Positions 15,371 through 24,321 are shown, numbered from the stretch's first letter. The stretch: 40,851 nt of DNA from Thermoplasmata archaeon (GCA_021161865.1 JAGGZU010000124.1:1-40851); one strand, 5' to 3'. The notes: generated by a model from the sequence alone, not told the origin. Translations and numbers: made by a program.

Positions 15371-16819
15371 ATGTCATCTATATTAGAATACGAGCCGAAA
15401 CTTGTTTGGAAACATTTTGATGAGATAAGGAAGATACCTAGGTGTTCCAAACATGAAGAAAAAATAAGGGAATACCTCCTTGAATTCGCAAAGAAGCAAG
15501 GACTTAAAGCAAAAACAGACAAAGCAGGAAACGTACTCATTGAAAAGCCAGCAAGTCCAGGAATGGAAAACAAGCCAATCGTTGTATTGCAAGGACACAT
15601 GGACATGGTCTGTGAGAAAAACAAGGAAGTAAAACACGATTTCAGCAAAGACCCGATAAAACTCAAAATAGAAGGAGACAAACTAAAGGCTGATGGCACC
15701 ACACTTGGAGCAGATGATGGAATAGGCGTTGCAATAGCTCTGGCAATACTTGAAGACAAAAACCTGAAACATGGACCTATAGAGGCTTTGTTCACCGTCG
15801 ACGAAGAAACAGGTTTAACAGGTGCATTCGCGCTTGAACCAGGTTTCCTGAAAGGAAGGGTAATGCTTAACCTTGACAGTGAAGACTTTGGTGTCATAAC
15901 AGTTGGATGTGCTGGTGGTGGAGACACCATAATAACCCTACCTGTGAAGAAACATAAGGTAGAAGGGGACATGGCTTTCCTTGTAATCAGAATCTCCGGG
16001 TTAAAAGGTGGCCACTCCGGTGTTGACATACATGAGCAGAGGGGTAACGCCATAAAACTACTTTCAAGAATACTATGGAAGGTTAAACAAAAATGCAGCC
16101 TCCTCATATTGGATGTAACAGGTGGAGACAAACACAACGCTATACCGAGAGAGGCAACAGCATTGGTTGCAGTGAAAAAGGGTGACGTAGAAGAACTTAA
16201 AAAAACAGTGGAATCAGAGGGAAAGGACATACTGGAAGAGATAAAACCCATAGACCCTGGCTTCAAAGCAGAGGTTAAAAAAGCTGATAGCAAAAATGAA
16301 GCGCTTGACAAAAAGTCAACGGAAGATTTAATCAACCTACTCTATGCGTTGCCTCATGGAGTTCTCGCGATGAGTTTTGACATACCTGGGCTGGTGGAGA
16401 CCTCAACCAACCTCGCTAAGGTGAGAGTAGAGGGAGAAAAAGCATCTATAGCTATGAGTTCCAGAAGTTCAATAAAATCTGCTTTACAAGCAACAAGGGA
16501 TAGAATACACGCTATAGCCTCACTTGCAGAAGCAGAGGTTGAAGAGGGATCGCCGTACCCTGGATGGAAGCCAAACATGAACTCAAAGCTTCTTGCACTT
16601 GCAAGAGAGATATTTAAGAATATGTTCAACGAAGAAGCAAAGGTTGAGGCTATACATGCCGGACTTGAAACAGGGATAATTGGCGAAAAATTCCCTGGAA
16701 TGGATATGATATCCATAGGACCAACAATAAAACACCCTCATTCACCGGATGAGTATGTTGAAATCAGCACCGTAGAGAAATTCTACAAGTACGTGCTTAA
16801 AATACTGGAGAGTCTTTAA
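15371..16819 (+). CDS. pepD: Aminoacyl-histidine (Xaa-His) dipeptidase, peptidase family M20C
   Basis: EPKLVWKHFDEIRKIPRCSKHEEKIREYL..., GNVLIEKPASPGMENKPIVVLQGHMDMVCEKN and TLGADDGIGVA are typical PepD blocks over the full length. Confidence 0.85.
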   Translation: MSSILEYEPKLVWKHFDEIRKIPRCSKHEEKIREYLLEFAKKQGLKAKTDKAGNVLIEKPASPGMENKPIVVLQGHMDMVCEKNKEVKHDFSKDPIKLKIEGDKLKADGTTLGADDGIGVAIALAILEDKNLKHGPIEALFTVDEETGLTGAFALEPGFLKGRVMLNLDSEDFGVITVGCAGGGDTIITLPVKKHKVEGDMAFLVIRISGLKGGHSGVDIHEQRGNAIKLLSRILWKVKQKCSLLILDVTGGDKHNAIPREATALVAVKKGDVEELKKTVESEGKDILEEIKPIDPGFKAEVKKADSKNEALDKKSTEDLINLLYALPHGVLAMSFDIPGLVETSTNLAKVRVEGEKASIAMSSRSSIKSALQATRDRIHAIASLAEAEVEEGSPYPGWKPNMNSKLLALAREIFKNMFNEEAKVEAIHAGLETGIIGEKFPGMDMISIGPTIKHPHSPDEYVEISTVEKFYKYVLKILESL

Positions 16820-17301
16820 ACTCTCCCTTTCCTATATTTTTTGCATAACTCTTGGAGCTCAGGTGGACAACGTTTCAACTCTCCATTTCTAAGGTAATCG
16901 TGAAACAGGTTCAACCAAAATGGTTTTTCATCACAACGGTTAAGGAACTCAACAAACCTCACCAGAAGCTCAATGGTGTTAGAGGTAACAACATGCTCTA
17001 TAGTGCATGCATCCTTATCTGAAGTCTCCCCATCCAAACCAAGAGCCATCAGAAAATCACGTAAAGCTTTATGTCTATGCTGCAACTCCTCAGCAATTTT
17101 TAAACCCTTTTTAGTGAGAACAGCACCCTTGTAACGTTCATAACTTATGTAGTTCTCACTGCTTAGTTTCTGAAGCATCTCAGTGACGCTTGCAGGTGCA
17201 ATACCCATACACTCGGCTATATCACTGGTATGCACAAGCTTGTCTCCTCCCCCAAGTGCATATATGCACTCTATATACTCCTCTATTCTCCTCTGTATCA
17301 T
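16816..17301 (-). CDS. DtxR/MntR-family metal-dependent transcriptional repressor
   Basis: IEEYIECIYAL...TSDIAECMGIAPASVTEMLQKLSSENYISYERYKGAVLTKKG is the DtxR-type N-terminal wHTH plus dimerisation region. It lies 2 nt after feoB. Confidence 0.8.
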   Translation of the reverse strand: MIQRRIEEYIECIYALGGGDKLVHTSDIAECMGIAPASVTEMLQKLSSENYISYERYKGAVLTKKGLKIAEELQHRHKALRDFLMALGLDGETSDKDACTIEHVVTSNTIELLVRFVEFLNRCDEKPFWLNLFHDYLRNGELKRCPPELQELCKKYRKGRV

Positions 17302-17303
17302 CT

Positions 17304-19004
17304 CTACACACCGAGCAGAATGACCTTTAAAACCGCACCAACAACTACTGCAGTTGCTATCATAATCACAGTTGCTTTCAACATATCCTTAATCCCCAAC
17401 TCCTTTATCAAAACCGCGAAAGTGGCTACACAGGGAAAATAAACTGTGAGCATGGTCACAGCGATAACCATCTGCAAAGGAGTTAAATCAAGTGGAAGCA
17501 GCACACCAACAGCCAAGTCTTTCCTTAGGAAACCCATTATAAGCGCAACACTTGCACTCCCAGGTAAACCAAACAATGCCTGTGTAACAGGTGAAAGCAC
17601 TCTTCCAAGCCACTGAAGCACACCAGCAACATAAAGTACATTTACTATAAACACCCCAAAAAACAAGAAGGGTATAGCGTCGCTTAAAAACCATCGGACG
17701 CGCATCCATGTTTTCTTTGTCACTGCCCTAAGACTGGGGCGATGATAAGGTGGTATCTCAAGGAATATCTCGGGGCTTTCACCCTTAACAGTTTTGTTGA
17801 GTATAAGGCCCATCACAACGTAGAGCACACCAAGTGTAAGGAAAACCATTACTATATACTGCATACCATATGTTCCAAGGGCACCAAAGATCATAGCGGT
17901 CTGAGCCATACATGGAACTGCTATAGCGAGCAAGGTGGCTGAAATAAAACGCTGCTTCCTTGTCTCCAATGTTCTTGTCGCCAAAGCACCAGGTACATTA
18001 CAACCGAGACCAAGAAAAACCGGTACAATACCATGACCATGCATACCAAGTTTATGGAAAACGTTATCCACAACTGTTGCAAGCCTAGGGAGATAGCCAC
18101 TGTCCTCAAGTATTGAAAGCGTGAAATAAAAGGCGATGATATATGGTAAAACCATTCCAATTGGTACATACAACCCTGTTGTAAGCAATCCCATGGACTG
18201 CATGAAATCTATGTCGCCGTTTATCAGTTGGCCTATTATGATATCATGTAGAAAACCTGATCCTAACAGGTTGCTCAACTCAACCATCACAGGTTTATAC
18301 CACAGGTTGAAAAAAGGGTCGAAGATAAAGTTGATTAGACTCTCACCTATCAAACGCACAATCCAGAATGAGGCAAAGATAATCACTATTGCGAAGGGTA
18401 TACCTGTGAGAGGTTTTATTGTTGCATCAGCTATACGGTCAACAAGAGTGTGATGCCTGTGTTCAATTCTTTCAACCTTTTTTATAATCGAGCCGATCTC
18501 TATCCATCTCGCCTCATCACTGGTTGGTTTGATGTGCTCAGGTGACTTTGCCTCTTTTATCCTTGAAACCAGTTTTTTTATACCCTCACCGGTTATTGCA
18601 ACAGTGGGAACAGCAGGTACATCTAATAGTTCCTCAAGTTTTTTTTCATCTATATATATACCAAGGTGTTTGGTTTCGTCCCAAAGGTTTAATGCTATGA
18701 TAACAGGTTTATCTCTTTCAAGAAGCTGCAGGGTAAGGTACAGGTTTCTTTCAAGGTTGGTTGCATCAACGACGTTGATAACAACATCTGCCTCCTCAAA
18801 CATCTTCAAAGCTACTTCCTCCGCCTTGTTTGTGGGTTCAAGCGAGTAAGTACCGGGTGCATCAATTATTTCTACTTTTTCTCCATCAAGCCTCATTTTT
18901 CCTTTGGAGAAATCAACGGTTGTTCCAGGGTAGTTAGAGGCAATAACGTTTGCTCCTGTTAAGCGGGAGAAAACAACGCTTTTACCGACGTTTGGGTTAC
19001 CCAT
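17304..19004 (-). CDS. feoB: Ferrous iron transporter FeoB (start may lie upstream at a non-canonical ATA at 19022)
   Basis: It has the G-domain P-loop GNPNVGKS, DAPGTYSL, and a long polytopic membrane domain. Confidence 0.85.
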   Translation of the reverse strand: MGNPNVGKSVVFSRLTGANVIASNYPGTTVDFSKGKMRLDGEKVEIIDAPGTYSLEPTNKAEEVALKMFEEADVVINVVDATNLERNLYLTLQLLERDKPVIIALNLWDETKHLGIYIDEKKLEELLDVPAVPTVAITGEGIKKLVSRIKEAKSPEHIKPTSDEARWIEIGSIIKKVERIEHRHHTLVDRIADATIKPLTGIPFAIVIIFASFWIVRLIGESLINFIFDPFFNLWYKPVMVELSNLLGSGFLHDIIIGQLINGDIDFMQSMGLLTTGLYVPIGMVLPYIIAFYFTLSILEDSGYLPRLATVVDNVFHKLGMHGHGIVPVFLGLGCNVPGALATRTLETRKQRFISATLLAIAVPCMAQTAMIFGALGTYGMQYIVMVFLTLGVLYVVMGLILNKTVKGESPEIFLEIPPYHRPSLRAVTKKTWMRVRWFLSDAIPFLFFGVFIVNVLYVAGVLQWLGRVLSPVTQALFGLPGSASVALIMGFLRKDLAVGVLLPLDLTPLQMVIAVTMLTVYFPCVATFAVLIKELGIKDMLKATVIMIATAVVVGAVLKVILLGV

Positions 19005-19018
19005 TAGGACGATTTTTT

Positions 19019-19270
19019 TTATCTTATCACCTCAACCAGTACCTTGCCTGCCATTCCTCTTCCCAGTGTCACCTGTCTACCGTTGACTTCAACGGTAACT
19101 GGTCCCCTCAGTGGTTGCACTGAGACTACTCTCAGTTTTTTTCCATTTACAAGACCCATCATGTGTAGTTTCTTCTGGAAACCATAGCCACCCCGTATAT
19201 CTACTATCCTAGCAGTCATCCCCGGTATAACTGAGGTCAAAGGCAATGTCTTAGCTGTCAAAGCAACCAC
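19019..19270 (-). CDS. feoA: FeoA-domain protein
   Basis: It is an 83-aa SH3-like FeoA (LTSVIPGMTARIVDIRGG...LHMMGLVNGKKLRVV) with a GTG start, directly upstream of feoB. Confidence 0.8.
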   Translation of the reverse strand: MVALTAKTLPLTSVIPGMTARIVDIRGGYGFQKKLHMMGLVNGKKLRVVSVQPLRGPVTVEVNGRQVTLGRGMAGKVLVEVIR

Positions 19271-19272
19271 CT

Positions 19273-19292
19273 TTTTTAGGTAAACCTAAAAA
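19273..19292. promoter_or_regulatory. 20-bp palindrome TTTTTAGGT-AA-ACCTAAAAA immediately upstream of feoA; candidate metal-repressor operator
   Basis: The 9-bp arms are perfect. The outer hexamers TTAGGT/ACCTAA match the ends of the DtxR/IdeR iron-box consensus TTAGGTTAGCCTAACCTAA, but the spacing differs. The palindrome overlaps an A/T-rich TATA-like stretch. Confidence 0.4.
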
Positions 19293-19338
19293 TATGAGTT
19301 TGGTATACAAAGTCAGCTATAAAAGATTAACGTTTCCT

Positions 19339-20112
19339 TCAAACACCCTTAAAAACAGGTTTCCTTTTCTCAACAAAAGCCGTTACACCCTCCTTGAAAT
19401 CCTCCGTTGCCGCCGAAAACGATGCCAACCTGCTTTCAAGCTCCAAATGAGAAAACATGTCATTCCTCAAACTCTCATTAATTAATTTCTTCGCTAAACC
19501 AACCGCTATCGGAGGTAACTTCCTGAATTTCTCAACCTCCTCCTCCACAGCAAAATCAAGGTCATCAACAACCCTATTCACAACACCCATCTCACAGGCT
19601 TCATCCGCTGAGAATGTTTTTGCTGTCAATATAAGCTCACATGCCCTGTGATACCCAACAAGCTGGGTGACAAACTGTGTGCCACAACCAGGTGCAAGAC
19701 CTATATTAATGAATGCGGTGTTAAACTTAGCGCCTTTAACAGCCAATATAATATCACAAGCCAACGCCAAAGAAAAACCTGCTCCAAAAGCATAACCGTT
19801 AATCGCAGCTATAACCGGCTTCTCCATCTCCCTTATCTCAATCACACACCTATGTATCGCCCTTGTCAACTCCCTGAGAAAAAACGGTTTATCCTCCGCA
19901 GCATACATCTCCTTAACATCACCACCACCGCAGAACCCTTTACCCTCACCAGTCAAAACAACAACTCTAACATTTCTATCACCACCAACCCTTCTCAAAG
20001 CATCATAAAGCTCCTCACCAAGTTTAAGGTCAAAGGAATTCAACCTCTCAGGTCTACTCAAAGTAACATAAGCCACATTTTTTTTCACATCCAACCTAAT
20101 GGTCTCATACAT
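19339..20112 (-). CDS. Enoyl-CoA hydratase/isomerase (crotonase superfamily)
   Basis: VAYVTLSRPERLNSF...VVVLTGEGKGFCGGGDV...AAINGYAFGAGFSLALACD is the crotonase fold signature. I chose the ATG at 20112; the track start is 20133. Confidence 0.8.
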   Translation of the reverse strand: MYETIRLDVKKNVAYVTLSRPERLNSFDLKLGEELYDALRRVGGDRNVRVVVLTGEGKGFCGGGDVKEMYAAEDKPFFLRELTRAIHRCVIEIREMEKPVIAAINGYAFGAGFSLALACDIILAVKGAKFNTAFINIGLAPGCGTQFVTQLVGYHRACELILTAKTFSADEACEMGVVNRVVDDLDFAVEEEVEKFRKLPPIAVGLAKKLINESLRNDMFSHLELESRLASFSAATEDFKEGVTAFVEKRKPVFKGV

Positions 20113-20180
20113 CCAATTCACCCAGCAACCCATGGAATACTCTTTTGAATATAAATGTTGGGAAAACCTATAAATAAACA

Positions 20181-20208
20181 GTTAACCATGCCAGCTAAAA
20201 AGGTTAAC
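20181..20208. promoter_or_regulatory. Predicted BirA operator: GTTAACC-N14-GGTTAAC upstream of bioY-birA
   Basis: The 7-bp inverted repeat is perfect and matches the BirA-box pattern TGT(A/T)AACC-N14-16-GGTT(A/T)ACA. A TATAAATA box lies at 20169-20176, GGAGGT at 20211-20216 and the ATG at 20223. Confidence 0.6.
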
Positions 20209-20222
20209 AAGGAGGTTAAAGG

Positions 20223-20876
20223 ATGAACGTTTACGTAAACAAATACAAAAAACTGAGATACAACCTATTCAAAAAACGCTGCCAACTATGTTTCGCCTAC
20301 AAACTTGCTCTCGCCTTCAGTTTCGCCTGCCTAACAGGTTTACTGGCGCAACTGCGTTTTTATTTACCCTGGACTCCTGTACCAATCACCGGGCAGGTCT
20401 TCGCTGTACTTTTAACCGGGGTTTTGCTAGGAAGATGGGGTGGAATAAGCCAAACCATGTACATAGGTTTTGGAGCAATAGGTATGCCATGGTTTGCTGG
20501 ACTTAACGGTGGTTTAGCATACCTCACTGGTCCAACTGGTGGTTACATACTTGGTTTTGCTGCCGCAGCGTTCTTCCTTGGCTACCTTACAGACAGATAC
20601 GTTAAATCAAGGGTTTTCGCCAACATGCTTGCTTTAATGTTTTTTGCAACCTTCGTACTCATATACATCCCCGGCTTACTATACCTCTACATTTGGACCG
20701 GCAACTCCGTCTCACTCTGGGAGCTTCTCACCATAGGAATGCTACCCTATATAGCTGGGGATTTACTGAAAATAAGCGCCGCTGCTACCATTGCAGCAGC
20801 CGTAACACCTAAACAAGCGTATAATGGAGAGGTAGACGCAAAAAATGGAGAAAGGGATGAGGGAAAAACTCCTTGA
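20223..20876 (+). CDS. bioY: Biotin transporter BioY (ECF S-component type)
   Basis: TPVPITGQVFAVLLTGVLLG...PTGGYILGF...LPYIAGDLLK are BioY hallmark segments, and the protein is polytopic. Confidence 0.8.
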   Translation: MNVYVNKYKKLRYNLFKKRCQLCFAYKLALAFSFACLTGLLAQLRFYLPWTPVPITGQVFAVLLTGVLLGRWGGISQTMYIGFGAIGMPWFAGLNGGLAYLTGPTGGYILGFAAAAFFLGYLTDRYVKSRVFANMLALMFFATFVLIYIPGLLYLYIWTGNSVSLWELLTIGMLPYIAGDLLKISAAATIAAAVTPKQAYNGEVDAKNGERDEGKTP

Positions 20877-21813
20877 ACTTCTCAACAAAAACGGTTTTGT
20901 GTCTGGTGAGAAAATCGCTGAACAACTAGGTGTCTCCAGAACCGCTGTTTGGAAACAAATAAACACCCTAAAAGAGATGGGATACAAGATCACTTCAGTT
21001 AAAAACAAAGGTTACCATTTGGAATCCAGACCAGACATCCCATACCCTGAGGAAGTATGCTCAAAACTTAACACCAAAATCATAGGGAAAAACCTGTACT
21101 ACTTCAAAACCCTTCCGTCAACCAACCTTTATGCAAAGGAGTTAATCAACAAGGGTGCTGAGGAGGGAACCGTGGTTGTAACGGACACACAAACCAAAGG
21201 AAAAGGCAGAAAAAACAGGGAATGGTTTTCACCACCTGGAGGCTTATGGTTCTCAGTCATCCTGTACCCCACCATGATCCCTCCAAACCAGAGCATGTCT
21301 CTCACCATGGTTGCATCCATCGCTGTAACAGAAGCCATCAAAAAAGTGACTGGTTTAAAACCAAAAATAAAATGGCCCAACGATGTTTTAATCAACAACA
21401 AAAAGGTTTGCGGCATCCTAACAGAACTGGATGCAGAACTAGATAAAATAAATCATGCAATCATTGGAATAGGAATAAACGTCAACAACGAACTAAAAAA
21501 AGACTTAAAAGAAAAAGCCACAACATTGAGAAACGAAGTTGGCACAAAGGTTCCAAGAGTTAAACTACTTAAAACCATTTTGAAACATCTTGATGAAAAC
21601 TATGCTGAATTACTAAAAGGCAAAAACGATGTTGTTAGAAAAAAATGGATTCAATACTCCAAAATAGTCGGCAAAAAAATAACCGTGAAGGACGAAAACA
21701 CTGTCATAAAAGGCGTCGTGGAAAAAGTTGATGAAGAAGGTTACCTGATCCTACAAACCAATGAAGGAAAAAAAACCAGGATACTATCAGGTGACATAGA
21801 ATACACAACGTAA
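20857..21813 (+). CDS. birA: Bifunctional biotin-[acetyl-CoA-carboxylase] ligase / biotin operon repressor BirA
   Basis: It has an N-terminal HTH (FVSGEKIAEQLGVSRTAVWKQINTLKEMGY) and the catalytic GKGRKNREWFSPPGGLWFS motif. It overlaps the bioY 3' end. An alternative ATG lies at 20845. Confidence 0.85.
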   Translation: MREKLLELLNKNGFVSGEKIAEQLGVSRTAVWKQINTLKEMGYKITSVKNKGYHLESRPDIPYPEEVCSKLNTKIIGKNLYYFKTLPSTNLYAKELINKGAEEGTVVVTDTQTKGKGRKNREWFSPPGGLWFSVILYPTMIPPNQSMSLTMVASIAVTEAIKKVTGLKPKIKWPNDVLINNKKVCGILTELDAELDKINHAIIGIGINVNNELKKDLKEKATTLRNEVGTKVPRVKLLKTILKHLDENYAELLKGKNDVVRKKWIQYSKIVGKKITVKDENTVIKGVVEKVDEEGYLILQTNEGKKTRILSGDIEYTT

Positions 21814-21818
21814 TTAAA

Positions 21819-23276
21819 CTACCTCTGCCTCCTCTCAACCTGAATCTCCTCATCTACGTTAACTATTCTCCTCACCAGATCAACAAAACGATTGAAATCA
21901 GCCTTCTTTCTTACAACAACTCTTGCTCCATCAGGAGAACCACCACCATGCATACACCCAGGAACACCAGCCCCAAGCGTCAACCATTCAATAAACCTTG
22001 CAATCTTTGCTCTTGTTTCACCACTACAATTAGCTTTAAGATACTTCATCAACAACTCACCATACCGGGAATCATTCAAATCCTTGTAAGAAGGTAAACA
22101 ACCGGTTTCACCGATACCACCAGCTATCTCCTGCGTAAGCCTTTTTGTCTCATAAGGCAGTGTCGCAACAAGCACCTTATTCACATTAGAAAGCAAAGGA
22201 TCAGGTATCCAAACTCCAGAGGGATGTTTTCTGCCAAGCACGGCTGCAGCCACACCTAAACCAAAGGTTGTCTCATTGTTCACAACCATCCTTGTCAGCT
22301 TCTCCTTAAAAACTTTTTCATCTAAACCGTTTGCCCTAGCAATCAATACGGATGCACCAACCATAAGATCACCCTGACCAGCAACACATCCACCAATCGC
22401 TGCCCTATAAGGAGCCGTGAAATTCATAACCGCTTCACCAGTGTACTGATATTCGCCACACATGAACACCCTTTCCCTTGGAACAAAAACATCCTCAAAA
22501 AGCAGATAAGCCTGAGTGATACCACCCTTCTCCACAGGGATATCAAAACCATCCTCCAACTCCCTTCTATCACTTGGTCTAGTGGCTTCAACAACCGTTA
22601 AACCCTCAACATCCCTTGGGACAACAAAAGAAACAGCGTAAACCCTATCGTCCCCTCTGTAGCTGCCACCAGGCATAACAAAAATCTCATTTGCTGCCGC
22701 AACACCACAAATCATAACCTTAGCCCCCCTGACAACTATACCCTTGCTACTCTCCTCAACCACATGCAAAAACATGTCCGAATCCTTTTGCTGACTCGGC
22801 GGTTTCGAACGATCACCCTTCGGATCAGTTAACGCCCCAGCAACCGTGATGTCTCTTTTTTGAGCATCCATCAACCACCCCTGGAGTCTACTATGATAGT
22901 TTGTACCAAGTTTCTCATCCATATCATAAGTTGTACTCCACATGGCGTTCAACGCGTTAAAACCAGCGCATCTACCACCAGTACAAGTACCAGTGAGGTT
23001 GAACATTAAACGTTTCATTTTAACGTTCGCAACCATATCCTCAGCGCTACATATTACAGAGAGATACCTGGAGACTCTTTCACCGGTTAAACAAGACTTT
23101 GTTGTAAGCAAATCCTGGTACTCTGGTTTCAACGATGCCTCAAAAATCTGAGCATGTCCCTCAACCGTTCTCCTTGTAGCAGGATGCGTGGTAACATCCT
23201 CAATAAGTTCACCAAACTTGTAAATGTTAGGTCTCATCTTTCTGAGGCTTTCCTTGTACTCTACAGGCGTCCTCAT
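21819..23276 (-). CDS. abfD: 4-hydroxybutyryl-CoA dehydratase / vinylacetyl-CoA isomerase family protein (AbfD / HpaB-like fold)
   Basis: It resembles AbfD over its full length, for example YKESLRKMRPNIYKFGELIEDVTTHP, TDPKGDRSKPPSQQKD and VVRGAKV. The Fe-S ligand set needs checking (see findings). Confidence 0.65.
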   Translation of the reverse strand: MRTPVEYKESLRKMRPNIYKFGELIEDVTTHPATRRTVEGHAQIFEASLKPEYQDLLTTKSCLTGERVSRYLSVICSAEDMVANVKMKRLMFNLTGTCTGGRCAGFNALNAMWSTTYDMDEKLGTNYHSRLQGWLMDAQKRDITVAGALTDPKGDRSKPPSQQKDSDMFLHVVEESSKGIVVRGAKVMICGVAAANEIFVMPGGSYRGDDRVYAVSFVVPRDVEGLTVVEATRPSDRRELEDGFDIPVEKGGITQAYLLFEDVFVPRERVFMCGEYQYTGEAVMNFTAPYRAAIGGCVAGQGDLMVGASVLIARANGLDEKVFKEKLTRMVVNNETTFGLGVAAAVLGRKHPSGVWIPDPLLSNVNKVLVATLPYETKRLTQEIAGGIGETGCLPSYKDLNDSRYGELLMKYLKANCSGETRAKIARFIEWLTLGAGVPGCMHGGGSPDGARVVVRKKADFNRFVDLVRRIVNVDEEIQVERRQR

Positions 23277-23809
23277 TTCTCATCCCTCAAAACAAACTCC
23301 CACTCGCACCACAAATCATCTGGGTGCTCATCCGGTGGACAAACAATGCAGTTCACAACAATATCTGAGTTAAACTCTTTTGCAAAACTCTTAAGAAAAC
23401 CCCATCTAACGTTTTTACAGGGGAAAACACCAAGGCCTTTCTTTATCCTAGTGTTCTGAACCCTACAGTTTCTGTTTCTAATAACCGCTCTACTGTCTTC
23501 AACCTCAACCTCCTTATCCTCGATATCCAAAGCCCATCCACTGTGACGCAAAGCCTTCATCATAGTTGGGATATCACCGTCTTCTAAACCTAAAAACTTC
23601 TTCAATCTCCTCGCTTCGATTTTACCCATAACCTCCCAAACCTTTCTGTCTATCTCAGTAGCAGCCTCAGTACCAAACCTTTCCTCAATACCCAAAAAAT
23701 ACAAACCATCAACAGCCCACAAGTCACGGAGATGCAAAAAAATAAAATCCGCGACCTTATCACCTGGTATCTCAGCGATCAACCTTCTATCCTCTTCTCT
23801 CCCGCTCAT
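23273..23809 (-). CDS. Uncharacterised 178-aa protein with a C-terminal cysteine cluster, translationally coupled (ATGA) to the AbfD-family gene
   Basis: It is a clean ORF with an ATG start. Cysteines occur at ...NCRVQN...FPCKN...NCIVCPPDEHPDDLWCEWEF. I cannot assign a family with confidence. Confidence 0.55.
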   Translation of the reverse strand: MSGREEDRRLIAEIPGDKVADFIFLHLRDLWAVDGLYFLGIEERFGTEAATEIDRKVWEVMGKIEARRLKKFLGLEDGDIPTMMKALRHSGWALDIEDKEVEVEDSRAVIRNRNCRVQNTRIKKGLGVFPCKNVRWGFLKSFAKEFNSDIVVNCIVCPPDEHPDDLWCEWEFVLRDEK

Positions 23810-23868
23810 ATTTCTCTACCCCATTTTGCACAAGTTAACGCAGAGGTATATTTTTCGACTACAAAAAA

Positions 23869-24321
23869 CTACTTCCTCAACTCAGACAAAACCATTTCAA
23901 CCGCCCCCGGCACCGCCTCAGCAACCTCCCTGCTGAGCTCCTCCTTAAAAGATGATGCCTCTGATATAGTGATGCCTACAACAACGATCTCAGAAGGCAA
24001 CCTGTTTTCACCCATTTTTTTAGCCAAATCAACTGCTTCCAAAAAACTCATGCCATGCGGATTAGAAGAATGAACGGTTTCGAAATCACTCAAAGTGAAA
24101 CGTTTCACCAAACCCTTTTCTTCACCAACAACGGCATCCACAACAACCGCTTTATCATAACCAAGAATTAAATCAACAAGATTCATACCACCAGTTAAAG
24201 CCTCCTCAAAAAACACTCCTCTGTTTTTCACCCTCCCCCTAAGCCTCCTCACAACATGAATACCTACACCATCATCTCCAAGAATAGGGTTACCAACACC
24301 AACCACAATAGTTTTCCTCAT
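23869..24321 (-). CDS. [NiFe]-hydrogenase maturation endopeptidase (HycI/FrhD/HoxM family)
   Basis: VVGVGNPILGDDGVGIHV is the family signature. It overlaps the mvhA stop by 4 nt. Confidence 0.85.
   Translation of the reverse strand: MRKTIVVGVGNPILGDDGVGIHVVRRLRGRVKNRGVFFEEALTGGMNLVDLILGYDKAVVVDAVVGEEKGLVKRFTLSDFETVHSSNPHGMSFLEAVDLAKKMGENRLPSEIVVVGITISEASSFKEELSREVAEAVPGAVEMVLSELRK

Noticed and set aside
15337-16335. A 332-aa minus-strand ORF antisense to pepD
   Set aside because: It is Ser/Phe/Leu-rich, low-complexity and lies entirely within the well-supported pepD frame. It looks like a typical shadow ORF with no recognisable motif.
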